Source: Aureliella sp. (GTDB taxonomy: Bacteria; Planctomycetota; Planctomycetia; Pirellulales; Pirellulaceae). Taken from it: a stretch of DNA of 64,000 nucleotides. Location of the stretch: positions 4,096,001 through 4,160,000 of the forward strand of contig OY829846.1 of the NCBI GenBank assembly GCA_963691875.1, read 5' to 3'. The notes under the pieces were generated by a model. It saw nothing but the letters and a program-made list of their open reading frames with translations, was not told the origin of the DNA and did not search any database. Below, one piece after another: positions 9,016 through 19,059 of the stretch (position 1 is its first letter; the number at the start of each line of letters is the position of its first letter). Position numbers and translations under genes: made by a program.

Positions 9016-11196
9016 CTACTTGCTGTCTTTTTTCTCTGGCGGCAAGATTCGTATTCGAACCGACGTGGAGGGTACCCAAGCGGTGATGTTTTGCGCGGCT
9101 GTTTGCTTTTTAACGGTTTCAACGATTTGGGTTTGTTTTTGAACTGCGGCGTCAAGCTTCATTTTCTCATCGGGCGAGATTCCAGCCTTGGCCGCTGCCT
9201 GGTTGAGTTGCTTAAGATACTGCTCAGCTCGGGTCTGAGTCTGGGGGTTGGCCCGCCAAGCCACTTTGAGTTCGCCGAGCATCCACAACGTAGCTTCGCC
9301 CAATGGAGCATCGCCAGCGACTTCGATTGTGGCTTTTCCATCGGCTTTGTCTTTGGCGATTTTTACTTCTCCAAGTTTGACCTTTGGCGGGAGATTTTGT
9401 GGGCGCAGAATACACTCCACGTTGCCTCCAGCACGACGAGTTAGCTTGACAGGTATCTCCAGCTTTGTGCCTTGACGGACCTCCAAGACATTACCATCGC
9501 CGAGTTGAGCAAACACTGGTGCCTTGTCGCTTTCGTTAATGCTCAGATGCAACTGATTCGTCAATCTTGACTGGATACGGTTGCGAGTGGAAGAAGCAGT
9601 CAAGCAAACGGTACTAATCTTGGCTCGCGACTCAATGGCTTTGTTGGCGAAGTTCGCACGTCCAACGATGTGTACTGGGCCATGCCAGGCAGCTGCACTC
9701 TCGTCGGCGGTGATAACAAGGGCTTCTTCGGTTACGCCAGGAGACATCACAACGGGTGGGCAATGAAGTGTGGCCGGCAATCCTTCTAAGTTCAATTCAA
9801 TGGCGCCGTTGAATCCGTTTCGGCGATCAACCAGAATACGAATGGCTTCGGTTCCACCGGCCATGATGTTGCATCCGAAAGGCTTGACTGCGGCACGATT
9901 GTTGTTCGGGTAAACGGGTGTTGCGAGAAGTCGAAAACTGGGTTGTTGGAGGCCGGCTTCTAGCAAGAACCCTTGGGACCCGATAGGTTGCTTGCCAGAT
10001 TGTAGATTTAGTAGTTTGATTCGGAATTTGCCGTCAGCGGGTGCTGTCCAGCGGATCAGAGGGTCGAGTCTGCGAAGCAGCATTTCTGGGCCGCCGAGAT
10101 TGCTTTGGTCATCTTGTTGGCTCAGCTGCTGTGTCTGCAGCTCTGCTCCTTCGCCTTGAAGCGAGTAGATGACCATCTGAGGATCGGTCTGCTGCTGTAG
10201 TGCAGAAGAGCTGACTTCAAAAGAAACGACCTGTCCTTTCTTGGCATCGAAGTCGTAATGCACTGCTCCCGATGCGAAGTCGCCTCGAATCAAGAACGGC
10301 AGTGTCAAGCGGTCGCCGCTGTTTGGACTACTTGGTGCAATCGATTGTGCTTTTCGAGGGTCAGCTAGGCTTGTGAGCTTATGGAAACGTGTATCCGAAT
10401 GCGGAAAATCCAAACTGGGACGCAGCAAGCGATCCAGCTCGGTGCCCGCGTCGGCTGATTCCATGCTGATCTCTTGGTCGGAGCGCTGGACTTCCAACGC
10501 AAAGGCGTACTCTTCGCCTCCGAGGAAGAGGAAGTCGTGTAGCTCGAGAAATAGCGTGGTGTCTTCGTTAACTTGATGTTGGAGTTCAGCTGGCCAGAAT
10601 CCTTTGGCATGCGAGCGAGAAATCTCAGTGCCATCTTCGCGGCGGAGTGTGATACTGGGGATGGCTCGTGAGTCGAATTGTCGCGCATAGGCTGTTGCTC
10701 GCAACCATTGCCCTTGTGCGACTTTGACTTGGAAGTAGGTACGTTGGTGCGGTTGGAAAACTTGAGAGTAGATGTGACCAGGTTCTGCCTCCTGCGCGAG
10801 CACTTGATTGCTGTGATCGCCAGCGACAGCTACGACCGGTTGAGTAGTTAGCAGCAGCGGCCGCGGGTTGGAAACGCCGAAGCGGCCAAGTGTTCGAACT
10901 TGGGCAATTCCTGGTTTCGCGTCAGTCGCAACGCTTAGATCAAAAACACCTTTTCTCACACCCACGGTTTGCAACAGCTCAGGGGCAGCGAGCTGTTGCG
11001 TCGCGGTGATCTTCTCCGAAGAGAATACCAGCTTTTGAAGTTCGGTGAGGTTTTGCCCGCGAGGTTGGAAAGTAGTTTTGCTTCCAATCTGAACGCATGT
11101 AGCCGAGAGAGTGCGTAGCTCCGCAGTCGGAAATTCGGCTGACGCGATACATGAGAAAGCAAGAAGCAATCCAACAGTGCAGGTGGATCTCAACAC
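9016..11196 (-). CDS. Exported PPC (pre-peptidase C-terminal)-domain protein of the DUF1501 cluster
   Basis: Signal peptide; GRFGVSNPR, FDAKKGQVVSFEV and DP..RWTAPADG are PPC-like repeats; no catalytic protease motif seen. Confidence 0.7.
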   Translation of the reverse strand: MLRSTCTVGLLLAFSCIASAEFPTAELRTLSATCVQIGSKTTFQPRGQNLTELQKLVFSSEKITATQQLAAPELLQTVGVRKGVFDLSVATDAKPGIAQVRTLGRFGVSNPRPLLLTTQPVVAVAGDHSNQVLAQEAEPGHIYSQVFQPHQRTYFQVKVAQGQWLRATAYARQFDSRAIPSITLRREDGTEISRSHAKGFWPAELQHQVNEDTTLFLELHDFLFLGGEEYAFALEVQRSDQEISMESADAGTELDRLLRPSLDFPHSDTRFHKLTSLADPRKAQSIAPSSPNSGDRLTLPFLIRGDFASGAVHYDFDAKKGQVVSFEVSSSALQQQTDPQMVIYSLQGEGAELQTQQLSQQDDQSNLGGPEMLLRRLDPLIRWTAPADGKFRIKLLNLQSGKQPIGSQGFLLEAGLQQPSFRLLATPVYPNNNRAAVKPFGCNIMAGGTEAIRILVDRRNGFNGAIELNLEGLPATLHCPPVVMSPGVTEEALVITADESAAAWHGPVHIVGRANFANKAIESRAKISTVCLTASSTRNRIQSRLTNQLHLSINESDKAPVFAQLGDGNVLEVRQGTKLEIPVKLTRRAGGNVECILRPQNLPPKVKLGEVKIAKDKADGKATIEVAGDAPLGEATLWMLGELKVAWRANPQTQTRAEQYLKQLNQAAAKAGISPDEKMKLDAAVQKQTQIVETVKKQTAAQNITAWVPSTSVRIRILPPEKKDSK

Positions 11197-11446
11197 AGTG
11201 AGGTTACCGGAAGGGAAGGGAAGGAAGGCAGGAGGCTCTATTCTAGTTCAGGTTTTCTCCAAGCGGCACCGTCTTTCAGCTGTTTCAGCATCAGCTGCGG
11301 TTTTGGGGAAGGCGTTCGGCCGCGAGTTGAATTGGCGAGCAAAAACGGCATGCACTCGCGATAACTGGCGCATTCTGTTGGGCTTCTGCTTGGTTGTTGT
11401 AGAACCGGAACGAACGGTCTGCGGCTGAAGTTCCAAGCGCAAACGG

Positions 11447-14053
11447 TTAATGATTGAACAAGAATTCCTTGGTGTTGAGCAAGGCCCAAACCAAGTCTTC
11501 AAAAGCGGCGCGGCGGAACTTGGCTGGGTCGGCACCTTCTGGCAGAGCTTTCGACAAGTACTGAATAGCGACTTGCAACTCTTCGGCATCTGGCTCGCGG
11601 CTCAGAGCGGTGAGATAGAGTTCCTCGATCAGCGTCTTGGGATCACCAGAGCTTGCCGCCAAGGAAGCGGCGCGGCCTGTGTCTTGCGCAAGTTTTTGCT
11701 GTACTTCCTTCGAATTCAACAAGTGAAGACTCTGCGCCAACGTTGCTTCGTTGGAGCGCTCACATTCACAGGCAGTCGCGGAGTCCGGTGAACCAAAAAC
11801 ATCCATGAAGTAGGATTTGTAGCTTGTGTCCGGAAGGCTGACGGCCCGCGTGTTGCTGGGTAATCCGGCGAAGGCAGTCTGCGTCATCGCTACTTGATCG
11901 ACAGCATCCAGCAAAACTTCGGATTGAAGTCGCTTGGGATAGAACCGTGAGTAGCTGTTGTTGTCTCGTAAGTTGTATTCGTTGGCGGTTGCGCTAAGGC
12001 GATAAGTCGACGAAGTGCATATCAGATGCAATAGCTTGCGGATGTTATAGTCGTTCTGCACAAAATGCTGAGACAATCTATCCAAGAGCTCGACATTCGA
12101 GGGCGGATTGGTGACTCGCATGTCATCTTCAGGTTCGACCATTCCTGTGGCAAAGAAGTGCTTCCAGTAACGGTTGACGAGTGAGCGAGCAAAGAAGGGA
12201 TTCTCTGGAGCAACCATCCAGTCAACGAGGGATTCGCGTGGATCGGCCTCTTGGTTGAGATCGAGAGGTGCTGCATCGAGACCAGCAGGTTTCAGGTTTT
12301 CGCCCGTTTTGGGATGCCTAGCGCTAGCTCCACCGAAACGTGAAACGAAGATCGGCTCTTCAGGTGTGTCCCCGTTCTTCTTCTGTACTTTGGAAAAGAA
12401 GGCGGCCATTTGGAAGTAGTCGCGCTGACTCCACTTTTCAAAGGGATGGTGGTGGCAACGGGCACACTGCATGCGTTGTCCAAGAAAGAGCTGAGCGGCG
12501 TCTTCGACCCGAGACTCCGTGTTGTTGACTTCACGGAACCAAGCTACGGGCGGGTTGGATTCGACTGAGCCCGTGGCGGTCAGCAGCTCCCGAACGAGTT
12601 CATCGTAGGGTTTGTTCTGATGGAAGCTGGACCGTAGCCAATCATGGAAGGCAAAATTGCCAAATTGATAGCCAGCGTTGGATCGGCGATTACGAAGAAT
12701 CGTGACCCACTTGCGAGCGAAGAACTCAGCGTGATCGGAGCTTTCGAGCAGCCTTTCGACCAGCTTTTCGTGCTTGTCGGCGCTTTGATCAGCCAGAAAG
12801 GCTCGGGTTTCCTCAATTTGTGGGAGGCGACCGGCCAAGTCTAAAGTGACACGGCGGATAAACGTGGCATCATCGCATTCTGAACTCGGTGGAATCCCAA
12901 GCGACTTGAGCTTCGCGAAGACCAACTCATCGACCAAGTTGCGTGTTGGCGGCCAAGCTGCCTCGGAGATGTCCTCGCCCAATGGAATGCTGGCTTGGAA
13001 GACAGCGACTTGGCCTTGGAATCGAGCCATCACGGAAACGACGCCAGATTGATTTTTCAGCGATACGAGACCATGTTCGTCGACGTCCGCCAGATCTTTA
13101 TTGTTGGATTCATACTGCACCGTGTGAGTGATGTCTTCGACCGACCCGTCACTGTAGCGTGCGACGACAGCCAGTTGTTGGGTGGATTCTCGTTGCAGGC
13201 GGCGGTGGTTGGGAAGCATTTCAATCTCGGTCAGCACTGGATCTTGTTCCGAGCCGTAGGGCATCCCGGATGCAATCCAGCGTTTTAGGAGCCGGTATTC
13301 GTGCGTGTCGGCGTCCATTCGTTGGCCGCCGCCGTGAGGCGAAGCATTGATGGCTTTTTGCAGTAGGAGGCTCTTGTCTGGTACTGCTGGGAACAATCTT
13401 CTGCCGCGTGACTCGCGCACCAAGTGTTCGTAGTCTTCTTTCGGTTCAAAGCCAAGCAATGACAGTTTGAATCCCGCTTGTCCGGCTGCTTTGCCATGAC
13501 AGCCGCCGCCATTGCAGCCCATTTTGGTAAAGATGGGAACGACTTGATTGGCAAAGTTGACGGGCTGCGTGGCATCGAGACCGGTTACTTTGAGCGCGAT
13601 CTGGGCTATGTTGCCCGAGGAATCAGTGGCTTGGATCGAAGCCTGGCCGTTCGTTAGTGGTCGGAGATAACCAGCTGCGTCCACTTCAGCGATGGCAGGT
13701 TTGATTTCGAATGTTACAGCTCGAGTGACGTCTTGGCTGTCCGATTTAGTGGCATTGTCGGGAATCGCTCCGTCGATCGAAGCGTTTTCCACTAGCAGCA
13801 ATTGGCTCACTTGGAGTTGCCAGCGAGCGTCGACACCGCGGAGGTGGATAGCGTCTGAAGAGCCAGTACTCGCAGAGCGTTCGAAACGGAGTCTAGCCGA
13901 GTTGGGCTCCGTGGCGGGGCAAGTGCCGACGAGCAATAGCAAAGCAATCGTGGCATGGGCTTCTAGCCTGTGACCACGGAGAGCAAAAGCAAGCAGATTG
14001 ATGACGAAAGTCTTGACGACTTCCGCTATGGAGAATTGAAGCGGTTTGGCCAT
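11447..14053 (-). CDS. DUF1549/DUF1553 protein with Ig-like (Big_2) domains
   Basis: GCNGGGCHG, FIRRVTLDLAGRLP, QCARCHHHP, VNRYWKHFF, WALLNTKEFLFNH; AGGAG SD overlaps the upstream stop. Confidence 0.92.
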   Translation of the reverse strand: MAKPLQFSIAEVVKTFVINLLAFALRGHRLEAHATIALLLLVGTCPATEPNSARLRFERSASTGSSDAIHLRGVDARWQLQVSQLLLVENASIDGAIPDNATKSDSQDVTRAVTFEIKPAIAEVDAAGYLRPLTNGQASIQATDSSGNIAQIALKVTGLDATQPVNFANQVVPIFTKMGCNGGGCHGKAAGQAGFKLSLLGFEPKEDYEHLVRESRGRRLFPAVPDKSLLLQKAINASPHGGGQRMDADTHEYRLLKRWIASGMPYGSEQDPVLTEIEMLPNHRRLQRESTQQLAVVARYSDGSVEDITHTVQYESNNKDLADVDEHGLVSLKNQSGVVSVMARFQGQVAVFQASIPLGEDISEAAWPPTRNLVDELVFAKLKSLGIPPSSECDDATFIRRVTLDLAGRLPQIEETRAFLADQSADKHEKLVERLLESSDHAEFFARKWVTILRNRRSNAGYQFGNFAFHDWLRSSFHQNKPYDELVRELLTATGSVESNPPVAWFREVNNTESRVEDAAQLFLGQRMQCARCHHHPFEKWSQRDYFQMAAFFSKVQKKNGDTPEEPIFVSRFGGASARHPKTGENLKPAGLDAAPLDLNQEADPRESLVDWMVAPENPFFARSLVNRYWKHFFATGMVEPEDDMRVTNPPSNVELLDRLSQHFVQNDYNIRKLLHLICTSSTYRLSATANEYNLRDNNSYSRFYPKRLQSEVLLDAVDQVAMTQTAFAGLPSNTRAVSLPDTSYKSYFMDVFGSPDSATACECERSNEATLAQSLHLLNSKEVQQKLAQDTGRAASLAASSGDPKTLIEELYLTALSREPDAEELQVAIQYLSKALPEGADPAKFRRAAFEDLVWALLNTKEFLFNH
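13950..14028. repeat. Intragenic REP-like pair: GTGG-tagged palindrome (13950-13972) and family A copy (14005-14028)
   Basis: CGAAAGTCTTGACGACTTCCGCTA matches family A; GTGGCATGGGCTTCTAGCCTGTG is an imperfect palindrome. Both lie in the DUF1549 N-terminus. Confidence 0.75.
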
Positions 14054-14063
14054 GAATCCGCTC

Positions 14064-15425
14064 CTAAATCAATTCGGCGATGGGGTCGTGATCGACCAAG
14101 TACTGCGGGCGACCGGTTGGGTCTTGGATAGTGGTGGTCGCGGTGTTAATACCAAGTTGATGGTAGATCGTGGAGATAATTTCTTGCATATGCACAGGTC
14201 GCTCTGTGGCATACTCGCCCAAGCGGTTGGTGGCTCCGATGGCTTGTCCGCCGCGGATGCCGCCGCCTGCGATATGAGCACAGCTGACTTTGGTCCAGTG
14301 GTCTCGGCCCGCGTTGTTGTTGATTTTGGGAGTTCGTCCAAATTCACCCCACGTTACGATCGTCACGTCATCCAGGATCCCACGTTGGTCGAGATCTTCG
14401 ATGAGCGCACTCAAGCATTGGTCGAGTTTCGAACCATGATCGCGGACCAAGTCGAAATTCTGTCCGTGACTGTCCCAGCGTCCAAAGCTCAGGCTGACGC
14501 AGCGTGCTCCGGCTTCGACCAGCCGCCGAGCGATTAGCAAGTGGTCGTTGCAGGTCGGCGCGCCATCGTACTGGTACTTGTAAGGTTTACCGTCACCATA
14601 GCGCGCTACGATTTTCGGATCTTCTTTGGACAGGTCGAGAGCATCGAGCAGCTTACTACTGGTTAGAACATCGAAGGCTTTTTGCTCGAAAGCATCCATG
14701 CCTTCCATGGTTCCGCTGGCGTCGATATCCCGTCGCATGCGATCCAGTCCGGATAATAGCGATCGGCGATCTTGCAGTCGTTCAAGCGAAATATCGTTGA
14801 GCTTCATATTCTGCATCCCAGGGCCATCTGGCTTGAAGGGCGAGAAGCTGCTGCCGAGAAAGCCTGCTGAGCCAGAGTCTGACCAGGGCATGTGTTTGGT
14901 CTTCGCGGCCAGTCCAACGTAAGGTGGTACAGAGGGATCGACCGGTCCGTAGAGTTTTGCGAGAGCAGATCCGATGGCTGGCCGGCCACCAAGGTTCTTC
15001 ATGTTGACCGAATCCCAGCCACTCATGCAGCTGTAGGATTCGTGTCTGCCGTTGCAGCCGACAACGGAACGAATGACGGCCGACTTGTCCATCAGACTGG
15101 CGAGTTTTGGGAAGACTTCGCAAATCTCTACACCTGAGGCAGTTGTTGGTATCGCGCGAAACTCCCCGCGAATTTCAGTGGGGGCATCTGATTTGATTTC
15201 CCACATGTCTTGATGAGGCGGGCCACCTGCCAGGAAGACATTGATGACTGCCTTATGTCCGAGACCGGTGGTACTCTTTGCACCGGAGCCGCCAGAAGAC
15301 TCCGCTTTGAGGATGTTCGAGAGTCCAAAACCGCCGGCTCCAAAAGTGAGCCCCCCGACGGTGAGAAAACTACGACGAGAAACACCGTCACAGTAACGAC
15401 TAGATTTGCCAAGCAGAGTTAGCAT
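14064..15425 (-). CDS. DUF1501 domain protein
   Basis: SRRSFL Tat-like leader, LAGGPPHQD, ARRLVEAG, WDSH, WGEFGRTP, GRDHW. Confidence 0.93.
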   Translation of the reverse strand: MLTLLGKSSRYCDGVSRRSFLTVGGLTFGAGGFGLSNILKAESSGGSGAKSTTGLGHKAVINVFLAGGPPHQDMWEIKSDAPTEIRGEFRAIPTTASGVEICEVFPKLASLMDKSAVIRSVVGCNGRHESYSCMSGWDSVNMKNLGGRPAIGSALAKLYGPVDPSVPPYVGLAAKTKHMPWSDSGSAGFLGSSFSPFKPDGPGMQNMKLNDISLERLQDRRSLLSGLDRMRRDIDASGTMEGMDAFEQKAFDVLTSSKLLDALDLSKEDPKIVARYGDGKPYKYQYDGAPTCNDHLLIARRLVEAGARCVSLSFGRWDSHGQNFDLVRDHGSKLDQCLSALIEDLDQRGILDDVTIVTWGEFGRTPKINNNAGRDHWTKVSCAHIAGGGIRGGQAIGATNRLGEYATERPVHMQEIISTIYHQLGINTATTTIQDPTGRPQYLVDHDPIAELI

Positions 15426-15880
15426 AAGTTGACCCCTGGAAGGAATTTAGGATCATTTGGGTGGGTTGGAAGTGGCTCCAAGGCCAAATGTTGCGGCGAC
15501 TTTCATTTCTACCACCGAAACATCTTCATAGCACGCATTCTGATCTGATTTGTCGGCACTTGGCAAGTCTGAGATGGTCATTTTTCCGGTTCGGGAGGTC
15601 AAATCAACAAAAAGCGGTTCTAGCGGGGCTCAAGACCGCTTCGGGCCGAAAGCTGCTTGTTATTGTGCATAGCCCAGATGGGTGGTTTGTGTTTCACCGT
15701 TGATTCCGTGAATCGGGTTACAAATGATTCCATAGGATTCGCATATTTGGCAATTCTTAGAGGTAAGGGATTTTCAAAAAACCACTCTGCCAGAATAGAA
15801 TCGCCCGTGGAACAGACAGGCACAGCCGGGGCTCGAAAGATCCAACGCGGGCTTCCATATCACTTTTGGAGAACTCTTCA

Positions 15881-16993
15881 ATGCATCGACTCAAGGTTTG
15901 GTATCGCCGATTGGTCTTAGCAATCGCTTTACTGATCGGCACTCAAGCGAGCTGTTTTGCTCAGCCGCAGAACTCCGAGGCGTCGCGCGAGCAACTGATC
16001 CCCAGTCATCTTTTGGGACTGATACATGCACCTGAGGTCCATGCCGAGTTGAAGTTAACACCAGCTCAGGTGACCAAGCTTGAGGCGTTCTTCGAAAAAA
16101 CGGACGGTGACTGGTTTCGTTCTCGCATTATCCAACAGCCAGAAAAGCTAGCCGCTCAAGTAAAGCGATTCGAAGCAATGGCTCGGCAGTGGTTCGGGTC
16201 GAATACTTCCAAGCAGCAGCAGGAGCGACTTAGGCAATTGGAGCTGCGAGCCCAAGGGATTCGAATGTTGCTGCGACAGGATCTGAGTCAAGAACTTCGC
16301 ATGCAGGAATCTCAGCTTACTCAGCTGGAAGAGCTCGCCAGAGCTACCGTTGATGCGACGCAAGAACTGCAGAAAGCGACGATGCAGAACAAGGTGACTG
16401 AGGAGCTTAAGTCGGCAGTTCTGGAAGCCAACAAAGCAGAAGCGGCTTCACTGCAGACGGTTATGACGCAGGGGCAAATGGATCAGCTGCGGCAGATTTT
16501 GGGAGCCCCTTTTGAAACGAGCAAGTTGCAGCGAATTTATCCTATGGCTCCCGAGCTGGTGCCAGTCAGCGATTGGATCAACTCGAGTCCGCTAACCTTG
16601 AAGAGCCTCCGCGGGAAAGTGGTTTTGTTGCATTTCTACGCGTTTCAGTGCCATAACTGTCACGCAAACTTCGACGTCTATCAACGTTGGCACAAGCAAT
16701 ATGGTGAAGATGTCGTCGTTTTGGGAATTCAAACGCCGGAAACTTCTAACGAGCGCGATCCGTCGTTGGTCCGGAAGGCGGCGAAGGAAAGAGACCTGAA
16801 CTTTCCGATTCTGGTGGATCTCAAGAGCGAGAACTGGAAAAGCTGGTCCAACACAATGTGGCCCACTGTCTACGTGATCGACAAGAAGGGCTACATCCGG
16901 CACTGGTGGCAAGGCGAGCTGCGTTGGCAAGGTGCGACGATGGATCAGAAGATTGAAAGCATCGTCACCGGTCTGCTGGCTGAAGATGCATAG
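15881..16993 (+). CDS. Exported redoxin (TlpA/AhpC-TSA-like) with N-terminal helical LTxxQ-like region
   Basis: Signal peptide; LRGKVVLLHFYAFQCHNC (CxxC), WPTVYVIDKKG (cis-Pro motif). Confidence 0.85.
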   Translation: MHRLKVWYRRLVLAIALLIGTQASCFAQPQNSEASREQLIPSHLLGLIHAPEVHAELKLTPAQVTKLEAFFEKTDGDWFRSRIIQQPEKLAAQVKRFEAMARQWFGSNTSKQQQERLRQLELRAQGIRMLLRQDLSQELRMQESQLTQLEELARATVDATQELQKATMQNKVTEELKSAVLEANKAEAASLQTVMTQGQMDQLRQILGAPFETSKLQRIYPMAPELVPVSDWINSSPLTLKSLRGKVVLLHFYAFQCHNCHANFDVYQRWHKQYGEDVVVLGIQTPETSNERDPSLVRKAAKERDLNFPILVDLKSENWKSWSNTMWPTVYVIDKKGYIRHWWQGELRWQGATMDQKIESIVTGLLAEDA

Positions 16994-17085
16994 CAGAGCC
17001 CACAAAAGCTGAGCGAGAAACAATCAAGCGGCTTTGGAGTGCATACGCTGAAGCCGCGAGATGTGTACCGAGTACAAATGTTCTC

Positions 17086-18108
17086 TTAGCCGACGAGGAA
17101 TCGATGGATAGTTTTCTGGACGAATTCCTGCCCCGGATCTAGGCGGGTAGTGGGGAATGCTGGCTTGTTCGGCGCGTCAGGAAAATGCTGCGTTTCCAAG
17201 CAAAAACCGCTGTATGCAGCGAAATCGCCATCTAAGTGATTGCCCGTATAGAGCTGCATTCCGGGTTGCGTAGTAAGGACTTCCATAACGCGCCCGCTGC
17301 TGGGATCACGGGCTGTCCCAGCTAAACGCGGTTCGCTTCCTGGCTCGCCATCGACAACGTAGCAATGGTCGTAGCCTTTGGTTCCTGCGAATTCGTCGAG
17401 TCTCTCGCCGAGTTTTCGGAAGTCAGCAAATCCCAGGGCGCTACCGGCTGTCGGCAGAAGCTCACCGGTCGGAATTAGGTCTTCATCGACTGCCAAGGAG
17501 TTCGAGCAGTTCAGCTTCAGCTCGTGATCGCGAATGTCGCCACTGCCAACTCCGGCAAGATTCCAGTAGGCGTGATTGGTCAGGTTGAGAACTGTTGGTG
17601 CATCGGTGGTGGCTCGGAAAGTGTAACTCAGTTCGCTGGAGTTGTTCCAAGTGTATTCTGCTACAACCTTTAGTTCTCCGGGGTAGCCTTCTTCACCGTT
17701 AGGGCTGACGGTGGAAAAGCGCAGTCCGCATGCACTCTCTGCGTCCAGCTGTTCGGCTTGCCAAATGTGGCGGTCGAAGCCTTTGATGCCACCATGAAGG
17801 TGATTCGGTCCATTGTTAATTGCCAGTGTGTAAGTCTTACCGTTCAGCTCGAATTTCCCGGCGGCAATCCGATTGCAAAATCTGCCGACGGTGGAACCGA
17901 GATAAGGGTGACGCTCGAGGTACCCCGCCAACTCGGAATATCCCAAATTCACGTTTTCCAATTTTCCATCTTGGTCTGGTACTTCGACGGAAACCAGAAT
18001 CGCACCAAAGTTTGTCATGCACACCCGATGGCCGAGGGCATTGGTCATTGCGAAGAGGCTGACTTCGGTGCCTTCCACAGAACCGAACGAAGTGGTTTTG
18101 ATGGGCAT
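17086..18108 (-). CDS. galM: Aldose 1-epimerase (galactose mutarotase)
   Basis: GRFCNRIA, NHLHGG, EEGYPG, NLTNHAYWNL, YDHCY, GFCLETQHFPD. Confidence 0.95.
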   Translation of the reverse strand: MPIKTTSFGSVEGTEVSLFAMTNALGHRVCMTNFGAILVSVEVPDQDGKLENVNLGYSELAGYLERHPYLGSTVGRFCNRIAAGKFELNGKTYTLAINNGPNHLHGGIKGFDRHIWQAEQLDAESACGLRFSTVSPNGEEGYPGELKVVAEYTWNNSSELSYTFRATTDAPTVLNLTNHAYWNLAGVGSGDIRDHELKLNCSNSLAVDEDLIPTGELLPTAGSALGFADFRKLGERLDEFAGTKGYDHCYVVDGEPGSEPRLAGTARDPSSGRVMEVLTTQPGMQLYTGNHLDGDFAAYSGFCLETQHFPDAPNKPAFPTTRLDPGQEFVQKTIHRFLVG

Positions 18109-18457
18109 TGTTTTGCTAGCTCTGACTTTTCTTGACTTAGAAAATGGAATTCTGAATCGATTATTCCTGTTTGAATTGACTTGGGAAGTGCCTGCGAAAG
18201 TTGACCGAATCCCGACTCAGATTGGAAAAACCAGTGAATTCTCGTAAGATTCGCGGAGTTGTGGCGAGTAATACTTTGCCAGACGTGCTGGCTTCGTTGC
18301 GAGCCCGAACTGGTCCATTCTACGACTCCCCCATAAGGGTGGTGCAACAGTTCGCGGCGAGCGGAAACTAGCTCAACAGCCCGCGTCGGATACGAAGAAG
18401 TTTTGAATGCAATGCACTCAAAACCTCGGGGTATTCGCATTTTCCTGAGAAACCACA

Positions 18458-18985
18458 ATGAGCGTCCCTGCTACTTTTGATCCCTTAGATGCGCTGCCTG
18501 ATCACGAGGATTGGCTGCGAACATCGTTGCTCGCGCGATTGGGAAATCGCGACGAGGTTGAGGAAGTCATGCAAGAAGTGGCGGTTGCTGCGGCGAACCA
18601 GTCTGCCAAGGAGGAGCCGGTCGACCGGGTTGGTCCTTGGCTGTATCGAGTCGCGATGCGGCAAATGATGCTGTTCCGTCGAAAGGCGGGGCGGCGCCGG
18701 AAGCTTATCAACAACGTGGTGGAAGCCAAGCAGCCCACTGAAGAGGATACACGCGGACGTTCGCCGCTCGAATTCCTGATTTCCACTGAGCGTCAGGAAG
18801 AAGTGCGGCAAGCAATGCGAAAAATGACGGAGCGAGATCGTCAGCTACTGATGCTGAAGTACGTGGAGGGATTATCCTACGGTCAAATCGCGACTCGTGT
18901 TGGCGTCACCGCCAGCGCGGTGCAGTCGCGATTACACCGGGCCAGGGCTCTCCTGCGTAAAGAACTGTTAAGTATGGAAGCTTAG
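18458..18985 (+). CDS. ECF-type RNA polymerase sigma-70 factor
   Basis: Region 2 (EEVMQEV..WLYRVA) and region 4 (GLSYGQIA..VQSRLHRAR). Confidence 0.92.
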   Translation: MSVPATFDPLDALPDHEDWLRTSLLARLGNRDEVEEVMQEVAVAAANQSAKEEPVDRVGPWLYRVAMRQMMLFRRKAGRRRKLINNVVEAKQPTEEDTRGRSPLEFLISTERQEEVRQAMRKMTERDRQLLMLKYVEGLSYGQIATRVGVTASAVQSRLHRARALLRKELLSMEA

Positions 18986-19059
18986 TCCCTAGAGACATCG
19001 AAACTGAAATCCGACCGAACAACGCCAAGTTGATGCTCTGACCGAATTGGATCGAAGCC

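Noticed and set aside
18363..18387. ECF-type promoter GGAAAC...CGTC upstream of the sigma gene
   Set aside because: Spacing is ambiguous and no matching -10 element accompanies the GGAAAC upstream of the PDZ gene; too weak to call.
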